Positions 29,834 through 39,432 of a stretch of DNA of 64,000 nt are shown piece by piece. Numbering within the stretch: position 1 is the first letter of the stretch; the number at the start of each line of letters is the position of its first letter. Made by a program: the position numbers and the translations under genes. The stretch covers positions 9,650 through 73,649 of the forward strand of contig CAVQVD010000003.1 of NCBI GenBank assembly GCA_963717045.1. Direction: 5' to 3'. The notes beneath the pieces were generated by a model. That model did not search any database and had not been told where the DNA came from. It was given only the letters and a program-made list of their open reading frames with translations. The DNA is from an uncultured delta proteobacterium (GTDB lineage: Bacteria > Desulfobacterota > Binatia > Binatales > Binataceae).

Positions 29834-30673
29834 ATGACGGCTTCTAAAAATGGCCATGCAGAGATGCAGGTCAAGCTTATCGACTACGCGAGCGACCCGC
29901 TCGAGAAACTCTACGCGGCGTTTCGCACCTGCTACTCGTCGGATTCGCCAATCGAGGTGTGGGAAAAGATTCGGAGCGAGAAAATTAGCCATGAGCGGGT
30001 GCGCGAGTTCATCGGCGAGCGCCTCAAGACCGGCCACGCTTCACCGCTGGAGCAGATCGTGTTCTGGTTTGCGATCGCCGGCGTGTCGCGTTCGCTATCG
30101 CACCAGTTCGTTCGCCATCGTATCGGTATCAGCTTCGAGCAGCAGAGCCAGCGCTACGTCAAATTCAAACAGGACCGGCTGGCGTTCGTGATGCCCGATT
30201 CGTGGCGGCGCGCCGGGCTCGAAGAAGAGTTCGCCGGTCTGCTCGAGCGCACCTCGGAACTTTACGGGCGCGCGCTCAAGGCCGGGATTCCGGCCGAGGA
30301 CGCACGCTTTGTACTGCCCAACGCGGCGCCGACCAATTTCCACGTGATGGTGAATTTCGCCGAGATGCTGCATATCTGTGACCTGCGGCTGTGCGTACGG
30401 GCACAATGGGAAATCCGGCGGATGGTGGCCATGATGCGGGCCCAGATAAAGCACGTGCTGCCGGAGATTGCCGTTTTTCTGCAGCCAAAGTGCGGCGAGA
30501 ATCGGATGGGCTATTGCGACGAGTCGCTCGAGGATTGGCAGAAATGCCCGCTAGGACGCGTCCGTCCCCACAAATCCAGCCTCTTCGAACTGTACGAACG
30601 CCACGGCGCGCGCAAGGCCGAAGCGCTCGGCGAAGCGGAATTCCGCGCGGTCGAAGAAAAGGAACTTCTCTAG
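29834..30673 (+). CDS. thyX: FAD-dependent thymidylate synthase
   Basis: GHASPLE, ThyX motif HQFVRHR...QQSQRY, EDARFVLP, AQWEIR. Confidence 0.95.
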   Translation: MTASKNGHAEMQVKLIDYASDPLEKLYAAFRTCYSSDSPIEVWEKIRSEKISHERVREFIGERLKTGHASPLEQIVFWFAIAGVSRSLSHQFVRHRIGISFEQQSQRYVKFKQDRLAFVMPDSWRRAGLEEEFAGLLERTSELYGRALKAGIPAEDARFVLPNAAPTNFHVMVNFAEMLHICDLRLCVRAQWEIRRMVAMMRAQIKHVLPEIAVFLQPKCGENRMGYCDESLEDWQKCPLGRVRPHKSSLFELYERHGARKAEALGEAEFRAVEEKELL

Positions 30674-30780
30674 CCAAACCGTCCGCGGTCCGGACGACGC
30701 GCGCTCCCGGCTGAGCGAGCCGGTCCGCGCGACTGCGCGACGCTCATCTGGTGCGAATTTTTGTGGGACTTAATGCGCTG

Positions 30781-30833
30781 GGAAGTTTTGCCGCCGACTT
30801 ACCGGAATCTAGCCGGAATCTGGGCAAACTTCC
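30781..30833. repeat. Intergenic inverted repeat GGAAGTTTTGCC/GGCAAACTTCC enclosing the direct repeat CCGGAATCT x2
   Basis: Read directly between the convergent thyX and RRM genes. Confidence 0.5.
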
Positions 30834-31093
30834 GCGATGTCGGCGGAGCAGCATCCTGCGCCGTCCAACCGCTTACCGACCTAGGAATAGTTTGAAGTCT
30901 TCACCATCGTTCGATCGCGCTCCGGACGGAGCACATGGCGTTCAGCCGGATGGTTGAAGCAGTCAGTTTCCGCGTCCAGCCACCTGCGGCTTGGGCCAGA
31001 CGGAATCGGTCCCTCTATATGTACTGCGGCGGTGTGACGAAGGCAGCGCGGTAGCCATTCGCGCCGCCGGTGCGTCCACCTAAACGGGGGCGC

Positions 31094-31396
31094 TTAGCGT
31101 TCCCGTCCGACCCCGCCGCCACCGGGGCGCCGCTCGCGATCGTTACCGCTGCGAGCCTGCGCCTCGTTGACGCGAATTGGGCGTCCCTTGATATCCCTGC
31201 CGTTGAGCTTTTTGATCGCTGCCTCCGCGGCATCGTCCGAGGCCATCTCCACAAAACCGAAGCCGCGAGACCGATTGGTCGCGCGATCGATGATGACCTG
31301 CGAACTGTCTACCTTACCGGCCTCCGAAAACGCGTCTTGCAAGTCCTGGTCGGTAACAGTCCAAGCTAGATTCCCCACATACAATCTACGGCCCAT
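31094..31396 (-). CDS. RRM-domain RNA-binding protein
   Basis: RNP2 LYVGNL, RNP1 RGFGFVEM, VNEA, Gly/Arg-rich tail. AGGAG RBS. Confidence 0.95.
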   Translation of the reverse strand: MGRRLYVGNLAWTVTDQDLQDAFSEAGKVDSSQVIIDRATNRSRGFGFVEMASDDAAEAAIKKLNGRDIKGRPIRVNEAQARSGNDRERRPGGGGVGRER

Positions 31397-31427
31397 TCAG
31401 AACTCTCCTGCTCAACCTTGTCACCCT

Positions 31428-31520
31428 GACGGTCGGTGCGTCGCACCGTCCTGAGTTTGTTTCTCGCGGGCAGACACCCGCCGGGATTTTTCCCGATAGG
31501 CACTCCTATTTACTCAAAAC
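31428..31520 (-). promoter_or_regulatory. Structured 5' leader of the RRM gene: three abutting hairpins closed by a 9-bp stem
   Basis: Hairpins at 31496-31509, 31482-31495 and 31466-31481. Closing stem 31512-31520/31448-31456. An extended -10 (TGcTATAAA) lies at about 31560-31568 on the minus strand. Confidence 0.55.
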
Positions 31521-32099
31521 CTACTCTGCGGCGAAATTGCCTCCCAAAATAGCGTACTTTTTATAGCATCGAGGCGCGTTTATGCATAGCACGATGACAG
31601 CGCAGCAGATTAGTGCAATTTGCTGCTTTTTGATGCTTTACGGCTGTCGATTCCACAGCTAACGTGCGCCGTCTTAGCACTCGCTATCTTGCGCGATTCG
31701 AGAAACGCGTCTATCGAGCATCCTGGCCGAAAATGCGCACCTTGTGCAGGCACGTTGGTAACAACAAAACTCGAGCGTACTGCTGAAGGTATAAACCCAG
31801 TCCCGGTCACCGTATACCACCTGTCCTTGGGTGGAATAATTCGATGCCGCGTGACGTCTATAATAGAGGGCTGGCAGCTTTAGTAAGCCGAGTACCGTTG
31901 GCAAGCGGATATTCGAATAATTCGGCGGAAGTACCACGCATAACTCGCGCTGCTTGCTGAAACTGGTATAGCTATGAATTACTAAACTCTGTTAGTATGC
32001 CTGGATAATATCGGCAAGGTGCTTGTGGATCGGATGTCCGTTATGTAGCGTGATACCGCTTCGTCCACTGAAGCGCATTTGCTCAAGGGAGACTATTGG

Positions 32100-32516
32100 A
32101 TGCCACGAACGAAAGGCTCCGGATCGACTTCGTCCGCTATCCGCCAGGTTCAGCGTCAGGCTGGATCAGTGCTCGGGAAATTGCGCAAAGATATACGCAG
32201 CCTGGAGGTCGAGCTCGCCCGGCTCAAGCGTGATGAAGAATCGCTGGGTCGGCTGGCCGGAGGTCAACGCGCGATTGGCAGGGGTGTGCGCGGTCCGCGT
32301 GCTGCAAGTGGCGGCGGCGAGAGTAGCGCCAGCGGCGGCCGAATCAATTGGCGCAGCGTACTCGCGCAGTTGCCGAAGCAGTTCAAGGCTTCCAATGTTC
32401 GTCAGATCCGCGGACTCAAGGACAAGCGCCCCTCAGAGATTTTCGCCGCAATCACGCGCTGGATAGAGGCTGGGTTGGTTAAGCGCAAGACTCGCGGACT
32501 TTACGAGAAAGCTTAG
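32100..32516 (+). CDS. Small basic hypothetical protein: coiled coil, Gly/Arg linker, winged-helix-like C-terminus
   Basis: GGGAG RBS. Heptad LRKDIRSLEVELARLKRDEESL. C-terminal AITRWIEAGLVKRKTRGLY resembles a wHTH recognition helix plus wing. Confidence 0.75.
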   Translation: MPRTKGSGSTSSAIRQVQRQAGSVLGKLRKDIRSLEVELARLKRDEESLGRLAGGQRAIGRGVRGPRAASGGGESSASGGRINWRSVLAQLPKQFKASNVRQIRGLKDKRPSEIFAAITRWIEAGLVKRKTRGLYEKA

Positions 32517-32750
32517 CGCTCACGCTACATCGCCGCATCTCTACTGCACCGCGCGCGCATCAGAACCTCATCTGCGCGCGTCGGTTATTGCACGGCCGCG
32601 AACGCACTGAGATCATCCGTCACCGGGAGATACATACTCTCAGCGGCGGCCGAGCAAGTCCGGACGCGCGCGGAGAAAGCGAATATTCGCGCGATGTTCC
32701 GTTCCGTAGGACATTGTGTGCGACTGAGTTAACTGGCGCGGCCGTTCCGT

Positions 32751-33785
32751 ATGGCAGTTAAAACCATCGAGTGGCGCAGTGATACCGTCCGCATGATCGA
32801 CCAGCGCCTGCTGCCGGCGCGCGAGGTCATTCGCGTGTATCGCGACTGGCGCGGTGTCGCGGAGGCGATCCGCACGATGGTGATTCGCGGCGCGCCCGCC
32901 ATCGGCGTCGCGGCCGCGATGGGCGTGGCGTTGGGGATGCGCGGACTTAGTGGTGCGCGGGCACGCTCACGGTTCGCCCAGGTCGCCAAGGGACTTCGCG
33001 CGACGCGGCCCACCGCGGTTAACCTGGCATGGGCGGTAGAGCGGATGGGCCGCGTGGTCGAAGACGGTCGCGCGCTCGACGCGCCGCATCTTTTCCGCCG
33101 CCTGCGCGACGAGGCGCTGGCCATATACGATGAAGATCTCGCCGCCAACCGCGCGCTGGGCCGCTATGGTGCGGCACTCCTGGCCGACCCGGCAACCGTG
33201 CTTACCCATTGCAACGCCGGTGCCTTGGCGACTGCAGGCTATGGCACCGCGCTTGGCGTGGTGCGCGCTGCGCGCGAGGCGGGCAAGAAGATCGCCGTCA
33301 TCGCGGACGAGACACGGCCCTTCCTACAAGGCTCTCGGCTCACCGCATGGGAGTTGCACAAGGATCACATCCCGGTGACGGTTATTGCCGACAACATGGC
33401 GGCGAGCGTGCTCCGAAGCGGAAGCGTGAGTTGCGTAGTCGTCGGAACCGATCGCACGGCGGCCAACGGCGACGTCGCGAACAAAATCGGCACCTACCCG
33501 CTTGCCGTAATGGCTAAGCGTCACGGCGTGCCGTTTTACGTCGCGGCGCCACTGTCGTCGATCGATCTCGATTGCCCAACCGGCGCCGAGATTCCGATCG
33601 AGGAACGGTCCGCCAGTGAGATGACTCATCTCGGCGGCAAACAGATCACGCCCAAGGGCGTCAAAGTATTCAATCCAGCCTTCGACGTTACGCCGGCCGA
33701 GCTGGTAAGCGCGATCATCACCGAACGCGGAATCGCATACCCGCCTTACCTCGAGAGCCTGGCCGCGCTCAAGCGCCCGAGCTGA
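32751..33785 (+). CDS. mtnA: S-methyl-5-thioribose-1-phosphate isomerase
   Basis: IRGAPAIG, RPTAVNL, THCNAGALAT, ETRPFLQGSRLT, NGDVANKIGT, NPAFDVTP. Confidence 0.96.
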   Translation: MAVKTIEWRSDTVRMIDQRLLPAREVIRVYRDWRGVAEAIRTMVIRGAPAIGVAAAMGVALGMRGLSGARARSRFAQVAKGLRATRPTAVNLAWAVERMGRVVEDGRALDAPHLFRRLRDEALAIYDEDLAANRALGRYGAALLADPATVLTHCNAGALATAGYGTALGVVRAAREAGKKIAVIADETRPFLQGSRLTAWELHKDHIPVTVIADNMAASVLRSGSVSCVVVGTDRTAANGDVANKIGTYPLAVMAKRHGVPFYVAAPLSSIDLDCPTGAEIPIEERSASEMTHLGGKQITPKGVKVFNPAFDVTPAELVSAIITERGIAYPPYLESLAALKRPS

Positions 33786-33825
33786 TTTCGAGCCGACACG
33801 AGCGAGAGCTTCAAGACGATCGGGC

Positions 33826-34636
33826 TTAGCCACGGCGGCCGAGCGCCTGAGCAAGTCCGTCGCCGAGCAGGTTGAACCCCAATACCGAGGCGCCAATAGC
33901 CACGCCCGGCGCAGTAGTCAGATGCGGAGCCACCAGCAGAAAGGCACGCCCGCTGTCGAGCATGTTGCCCCAGCTCGGCGTGGGCGGCAGCGCTCCCAAG
34001 CCCAGGAATGAAAGCGCCGCCTCGGCGATGATGATTCCGCCAACCCCGAACGTCGCCTGCACCGCGAGCGGCCCGGCGAGGCCGGGCATTAGATGGCGCA
34101 GCAGCAGGCGGCGGGGCGACGCACCCAGTGCTCGCGCAGCCTCGACGTACTCGCGCTCGCGCAGCGAAAGCACTTCTCCACGGACCAGCCGCGCATAGCC
34201 AGTCCAGCCCATCGCAGCCAGCGCCACTACCAGGTCGATGAGACCGGGGCCAAGAATTGCGGCGAGCGCAATCGCGAGCAGAAAGCCCGGGAAAGGCCAG
34301 CACCACATCGACCAGCCGCATCACCACCGAATCGACGCGCCCGCCGGCCAGCGCCGCGGTGCCGCCAATGATGCTGCCTGCTAAGAGCGAGAGCGTCACG
34401 ACCGTCACCGAGACCACCAGCGAAAGGCGCGCGCCCCACAGCACCCGCGCGAGCATGTCGCGACCGAGTGCGTCGCATCCTAGCCAGTGGCCGCGGCTCG
34501 GCGCGGCGAGCACTTGCCTGAGATCGATCGCGAGCGGGTCGATACGCACCAAAAGAGGTCCGGCGGCGGCGGCCAATGCGAGTGTCGCGACGATCGCGCC
34601 GCCGGCGATCAGCGAAGTATTGCGCCGCACCGCCAT
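33826..34636 (-). pseudogene. Peptide/nickel ABC permease (DppC/OppC), frameshifted in this assembly (probable sequencing error)
   Basis: HWLGCDALGRD. Removing one base at 34286-34288 restores LAFPGFLLAIAL and the EAA loop YVEAARALG. Span is 811 nt (3n+1). Confidence 0.88.
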
Positions 34637-34697
34637 CGAGTCCAACGCCCTTCGCCCGCGGATTGCATATACGTCGCCTTCGGCATCGCGAATGCCA

Positions 34698-35624
34698 TCA
34701 GTCGCGCATCAAGCGAATCCTAGGATCGGCCATGCCGTAGGCCAGGTCGGTAGCCATATTCACCACTACGTAACTGAGCGCGAAAGTGAGCACGCAACCT
34801 TCGACCAGCGGGTAGTCGCGCGCGCTTATCGCGGCAATCAGCAATCGCCCCATTCCCGGCCACGAGAAGATCATCTCGGTAACGATCGCGCCGGTCAGCA
34901 ACGCGCCGGTTTCCAATCCGAGCAGCGTAATCAGCGGCGTCAGCGCGTTGCGCAGTCCATGACGCATCAACGCGGCGAACGCGCTTAACCCCTTACTCCG
35001 CGCAGTGCGGATATAGTCAGCCTCGCGCACCTTGACGAGACTCTGGCGCAGCATGCGCGCGAGGATCGCCGCCAACGCGGTTCCCAGCGTCACCGCCGGC
35101 AGCACCAGATGCCTCAGGCCGCCGCGTCCGGTCAGCGGAAACCATCCCAGGTCGAGCGAAAAGACGATCATCATCAGCGGCCCGAGGTAGAGATGAGGCA
35201 CTGAGATACCAAGGATCGCAAAGCCCATCGCGCCCAGGTCGGCAGCGCCGCCCGGATTCGCGCCGGCGACAAGGCCGAGCGGGAACGCGAGCACTATCGC
35301 TACCAACAGGCCGGCGCCCGCCAACTCCAGCGTCGCCGGGAAGCGCGCGGCGATTAGCCGCGTGACCGGCTCCTTCATCGAAATCGATTCGCCGAGGTCG
35401 CCGTGCGCGAGGCTCCACAGAAAACTCGCGTATTGCGCGGCGATTGGCCGATCAAGTCCGAGTCCGTGGCGCAGCCCGGCGACATCCGCAGGCCCCGCTG
35501 TGTCGCCAAGCATCGCTATCACCGGGTCGCCGGGAACCAGATGAATGAGCGCGAAGGTCAGTGTCGCGACGCCGAGCGCTACCGGAATGAGGGCCATCAG
35601 GCGACGGCCAAAGTAGCCCATCAT
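34698..35624 (-). CDS. Peptide/nickel ABC permease (DppB/OppB)
   Basis: LVPGDP, GDLGES, DYIRTARSKG, RHGLRNA, DPRIR. ATGA-coupled to the binding-protein stop. Confidence 0.93.
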   Translation of the reverse strand: MMGYFGRRLMALIPVALGVATLTFALIHLVPGDPVIAMLGDTAGPADVAGLRHGLGLDRPIAAQYASFLWSLAHGDLGESISMKEPVTRLIAARFPATLELAGAGLLVAIVLAFPLGLVAGANPGGAADLGAMGFAILGISVPHLYLGPLMMIVFSLDLGWFPLTGRGGLRHLVLPAVTLGTALAAILARMLRQSLVKVREADYIRTARSKGLSAFAALMRHGLRNALTPLITLLGLETGALLTGAIVTEMIFSWPGMGRLLIAAISARDYPLVEGCVLTFALSYVVVNMATDLAYGMADPRIRLMRD

Positions 35625-37225
35625 CTGCGACTTATCCCTGCCTGAGGCGTCAGCGATACGTGGGCGAGCGAGCGCAGGCTGCCATTGGGGAAAGGCGTAA
35701 AACCTTTTACGCGGCGATTCATCACTACCACGTTGTCCATCCACCATAGTGAGACGTATGGAAGATCGGTCGCGGCAATTCTCTGCACCTGCGAGTAGAT
35801 TTTGCGTCGCGCGAGGGGGTCGAGCGTCACCTCACCCTGCTCCAGCAACCGGTCCATCGCGGGGTTTGAGTAATCTCCACGGTTGGAGCCGCTGGGCGGC
35901 GTCATCTTCGAATCGAATATCATGAAGTATTGATGTGTGAGGTCGGTCGCGATCCAATCGAGAGAGGTCAAATCGAAATTGCCCTTCCGGATGTCCGCGT
36001 AAAAAGTCGCGAACTCGTTGGTGCGGATGTCCATCGTGATTCCGATCCGGCGCAACATCGCCTGGATCGCTTCGCCCAGCCGCCGTCCCTCAGGCGTAGT
36101 CTTGTAAATCAAATTCAGGTTGCGCGTCCCCGTTGGGCCGATTGAATAGCCGGCCTCGTCGAGCAGAGCGGAGGCCTTGAACGGGTCGTATGGATAACGC
36201 GGCACGCCTTCGTCATAGGCCCAATTCTCCGGGGCGAGCATTCCGCTCGCGACGCGGCCGGTGCCTTTGTATAGCGATCCGATGATCGCTTCACGGTTGA
36301 TCGCATAGGCAATCGCCTGGCGCACGCGAAGGTCGCGCAGATGCGGATCGCGGAAGTTGAATGCCAGATAATAATATTCACTGCCCGGCGATTGACTGAT
36401 TACGAGGTCGGGCCGCATTCCGAGATAACCGAGCAAGTCCGGTTGAATATTGTTTTCGGCGAGATCGCAGATGCCCTCAGCCAGCTCCAGCGCGCGAACC
36501 GTCGGATCAGGCACCACCTTGAAGACAATCCCGGGTATGTCGCCCGGCGCGTGCGGGCGGGCCGGATTGCGCGTCAGTACCAGGGTCTCATCGCGCGAGA
36601 AGCTGGCAATCTCGAAAGAGCCGCTGGCCGCCGGCCATCTCGCGGCGCCCTGGCCCGGCAGTGGCGTGCCCGCGGGAACCACGCCCATCGTCGCCATCTC
36701 GAGCGCCGGGGCATACGGTCCCCTGGTCGTCATCACGACGGTCGCATCGTCAGGCGTGGCTATCGCGGCGAGCTGTCGCAGGCCAATACGCTTGGGCGAG
36801 ACGCTGGCAGGATCGAGAATCGAATCGTATGTATATTTGACGTCGCGAGCGGTGAGCGGCCGACCGTCGCTGAAACGCAGGCCCCGGCGCAGATGGAAGA
36901 CCAAGCTGGTGGGCGTTGGCCGTTCGAAGCGCTCGGCGAGATCGCCAAAGAACTGTCCATGCGCATCGACTCTGACCAGCGCATCGAAAACCAGTTCGCC
37001 AGTGCGCGAGGAAATCGCATCGGTCGCAAACCGCGGATCGAGAGCGATGGGCGAGGTTTCGAGGTCAACCTGAAGATAGTCCGACGGAACGGCGGGCGCT
37101 GCGCGACGGTGGCCGCGAATTGTCCAGACGAACGCAGCGGCGACCAGCACGACCACCACGGCCGCCCGGCCAAGAGCGGAAATCGCACCCGGCCATTGCG
37201 CCTGCCTGCTCGTCGTCTCGCTCAT
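35621..37225 (-). CDS. ABC transporter substrate-binding protein, family 5 (DppA/OppA-like)
   Basis: LDPR, FHLRRGLRFSDG..LTARDV, VRQAIAYAINR, YSNP. Hydrophobic N-terminal anchor. Confidence 0.92.
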   Translation of the reverse strand: MSETTSRQAQWPGAISALGRAAVVVVLVAAAFVWTIRGHRRAAPAVPSDYLQVDLETSPIALDPRFATDAISSRTGELVFDALVRVDAHGQFFGDLAERFERPTPTSLVFHLRRGLRFSDGRPLTARDVKYTYDSILDPASVSPKRIGLRQLAAIATPDDATVVMTTRGPYAPALEMATMGVVPAGTPLPGQGAARWPAASGSFEIASFSRDETLVLTRNPARPHAPGDIPGIVFKVVPDPTVRALELAEGICDLAENNIQPDLLGYLGMRPDLVISQSPGSEYYYLAFNFRDPHLRDLRVRQAIAYAINREAIIGSLYKGTGRVASGMLAPENWAYDEGVPRYPYDPFKASALLDEAGYSIGPTGTRNLNLIYKTTPEGRRLGEAIQAMLRRIGITMDIRTNEFATFYADIRKGNFDLTSLDWIATDLTHQYFMIFDSKMTPPSGSNRGDYSNPAMDRLLEQGEVTLDPLARRKIYSQVQRIAATDLPYVSLWWMDNVVVMNRRVKGFTPFPNGSLRSLAHVSLTPQAGISRR

Positions 37226-37291
37226 CTGGGTGCGCCGCAAATAATAGCATATGCGCGACATGCATCAGCCGGCGACATGGAGGATACCGGT

Positions 37292-37816
37292 ATGGACCAG
37301 GGATGGCGCTCCAAAATCGTGTTGCGTAAAGGTGACCTCACCGAAGCTCCGGTCGACGCAATCGTCAACGCGGCAAATAACGATCTGATTCTGGGCGGCG
37401 GCGTCGCCGGCGCGATCCGCGCAAAGGGCGGCCCGTCGATCCAGGCCGAATGCGACAAGCTCGGTCCGATCCCGATCGGCCAGGCCGCGATAACCGGCGC
37501 GGGGAAGCTCAAGGCGCAATACGTCATTCACGCGGCCTCGATGCGGCTTGGTGGTCGCACGAGCGAGAAGGCGTTGCGCGACTCGACGCGCAATTCGCTG
37601 AAGCGCGCGGCTGAACAGGGCGTTAAGTCGATCGCTTTCCCTGCGATCGGCACCGGGATCGCGGGCTTTCCGCTCGAGCGATGCGCCGTGGTGATGTTCG
37701 AGGAGATTCGCGACCATCTGCGCGGCGCGACGCCGGTCGAACGCGCGGAAATGGTTCTGTTCGACAATCACGCGCTGAGCGTTTTTCAGGATGCGCTAGA
37801 GAAGATGGTGGACTAG
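37292..37816 (+). CDS. Macrodomain protein (YmdB/MacroD-like ADP-ribose hydrolase)
   Basis: GDLT, DAIVNAAN, GGGVAGAI, VIHA, AFPAIGTGIAG. GGAGG RBS before ATG 37292. Confidence 0.93.
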   Translation: MDQGWRSKIVLRKGDLTEAPVDAIVNAANNDLILGGGVAGAIRAKGGPSIQAECDKLGPIPIGQAAITGAGKLKAQYVIHAASMRLGGRTSEKALRDSTRNSLKRAAEQGVKSIAFPAIGTGIAGFPLERCAVVMFEEIRDHLRGATPVERAEMVLFDNHALSVFQDALEKMVD

Positions 37817-37826
37817 AAACTCTCAT

Positions 37827-39422
37827 CTAATGAGCGGCGGAGGGGCCACTAGCACGCCGCGCTTTGCGCAACACCAGGAAGCCGGGGACCATCAGTGCCA
37901 TCACCACCGCCAGGATCCGATAGATGTCGTTGAAGGAGAGGATCGCGGCTTGCGCCTGGATAGCGTTGTAGAGCATTCCGAACGACTGATGCTGACCGCT
38001 TATCATTTGCGGCAGGTACTGAAAGGACGGCGCCCCCGGCATGCGCGGCGCGCTCTCACTGAGTTTCCAGGCGTCGAAGATCGAAAGATGATCGGCCAGA
38101 CGCGACTGATGAACCTGCTCGTGGTCAACCAGCATCGTGGTCATGTAGGCGATTCCGATCGCGGCGCCGGTATTACGCATCATATTGTAGAGACTAGCGG
38201 CGTATCCGATCTTTTCGCGCGCCACGACGGAGAGCGAGGTCGCCGAGAGCGTCGGAAAGATCATTCCCATCCCCAGGCCCATCGCGACGCTCGGGAGGAC
38301 CACGACCCACAGGCTAACCTGGAGATTCCAGCCTGACATCGTCCAGAGGCCGATCGTCATCAGGACGAACCCCACTCCGACCAGCGCGCGAGTATCAACA
38401 CCCCGTCGCGCAATCTGCCCCACCACCACCATCGACAACATCGTCGCGAGGCCGCGCGGCGCCAGCACCAGCCCGGCCTTCCACGCCGTGTAGCCCATAA
38501 ACTCCTGCAGGAATATCGGCATCAGCAGGCCGGTCCCATAGAGCACCGAGCTCATCGCGACAATCAGCACCAGCCCGACGCTGAAAACCTTTATTTTGAG
38601 GATCCGCAGATCGAGGATCGGATCGGGGATGCGCAACTCGTTGACCGTGAGAACGATCAGCGCTGCCGCGCTCAGCAGGCTGGTCCATACCACCCAAGGT
38701 GCGGCGAACCAATCGGCGCGCTGGCCGCGATCGAGCACGATTTGCATCGCGCCCAATCCCACCACCAGGCAGGCAATGCCCACGTAGTCGACTTTGGCGC
38801 CGCGCGCGCGATGCTCGCGCAGAAAAACGGGATCGTGTACGAACGCCGAAACCATCAGGAAGGCGATAATCCCGATCGGCACGTTGATATAGAAGTTCCA
38901 GCGCCAGTTCCAGTTGTCGGTGATCCAGCCGCCCAAGGTCGGGCCCATGATCGGTGCGACCATCAGGCCCACGCCCCACGTCGCCATCGCGAGCTGCTGC
39001 TCGGCCGGCGGAAACGTTTCCATGAGGATGGCCTGCGACGACGGCACCATCGCGGCCCCCGCCGCACCCTGGATCAGTCGAAAGACCACCATCTGGTCGA
39101 GCGATCCCGCCGCGCCGCAGAGCGCCGAGGCGACCACGAAGACCGATACCGAGATCATGAAGTAGCGTTTGCGGCCGAAGCGCGACGAGATCCATCCGGT
39201 CATCGGTATCATGATGCCGTTGGCGACCAGATAGCTGGTCAACACCCAGGCGATCTCATCGACGCTAGCCGAGAAGCTGCCCTGCATGTGCGGCAGGGAG
39301 ACGTTGACGATCGAGGTGTCGAGCACCTCGAGCGTGGTGCCGAGCATCACGGCCAGCGCCACCAGCCACTTGTGCGAAGGCGTTACGGGCTGCGCCGCGC
39401 TGATCGATGCTGCTGCTTCCAT
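37827..39422 (-). CDS. DHA2 (EmrB/QacA) MFS efflux permease, copy 2
   Basis: EVLDTSIVNVSLP, WVLTSY, RFGRKR, GPTLGGWITD, WRWNFYINVP. Confidence 0.94.
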   Translation of the reverse strand: MEAAASISAAQPVTPSHKWLVALAVMLGTTLEVLDTSIVNVSLPHMQGSFSASVDEIAWVLTSYLVANGIMIPMTGWISSRFGRKRYFMISVSVFVVASALCGAAGSLDQMVVFRLIQGAAGAAMVPSSQAILMETFPPAEQQLAMATWGVGLMVAPIMGPTLGGWITDNWNWRWNFYINVPIGIIAFLMVSAFVHDPVFLREHRARGAKVDYVGIACLVVGLGAMQIVLDRGQRADWFAAPWVVWTSLLSAAALIVLTVNELRIPDPILDLRILKIKVFSVGLVLIVAMSSVLYGTGLLMPIFLQEFMGYTAWKAGLVLAPRGLATMLSMVVVGQIARRGVDTRALVGVGFVLMTIGLWTMSGWNLQVSLWVVVLPSVAMGLGMGMIFPTLSATSLSVVAREKIGYAASLYNMMRNTGAAIGIAYMTTMLVDHEQVHQSRLADHLSIFDAWKLSESAPRMPGAPSFQYLPQMISGQHQSFGMLYNAIQAQAAILSFNDIYRILAVVMALMVPGFLVLRKARRASGPSAAH

Positions 39423-39432
39423 TCCGGAGGCG

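Noticed and set aside
29654-30037. N-terminal extension of pyrD in the ORF track (493 aa)
   Set aside because: It overlaps the divergent thyX gene and promoter region. PyrD similarity begins at ATG 29653.
33826-37225. dppABC without ATPase genes as a novel transporter type
   Set aside because: DppD/F ATPases are often encoded elsewhere and shared, which cannot be judged from this window.
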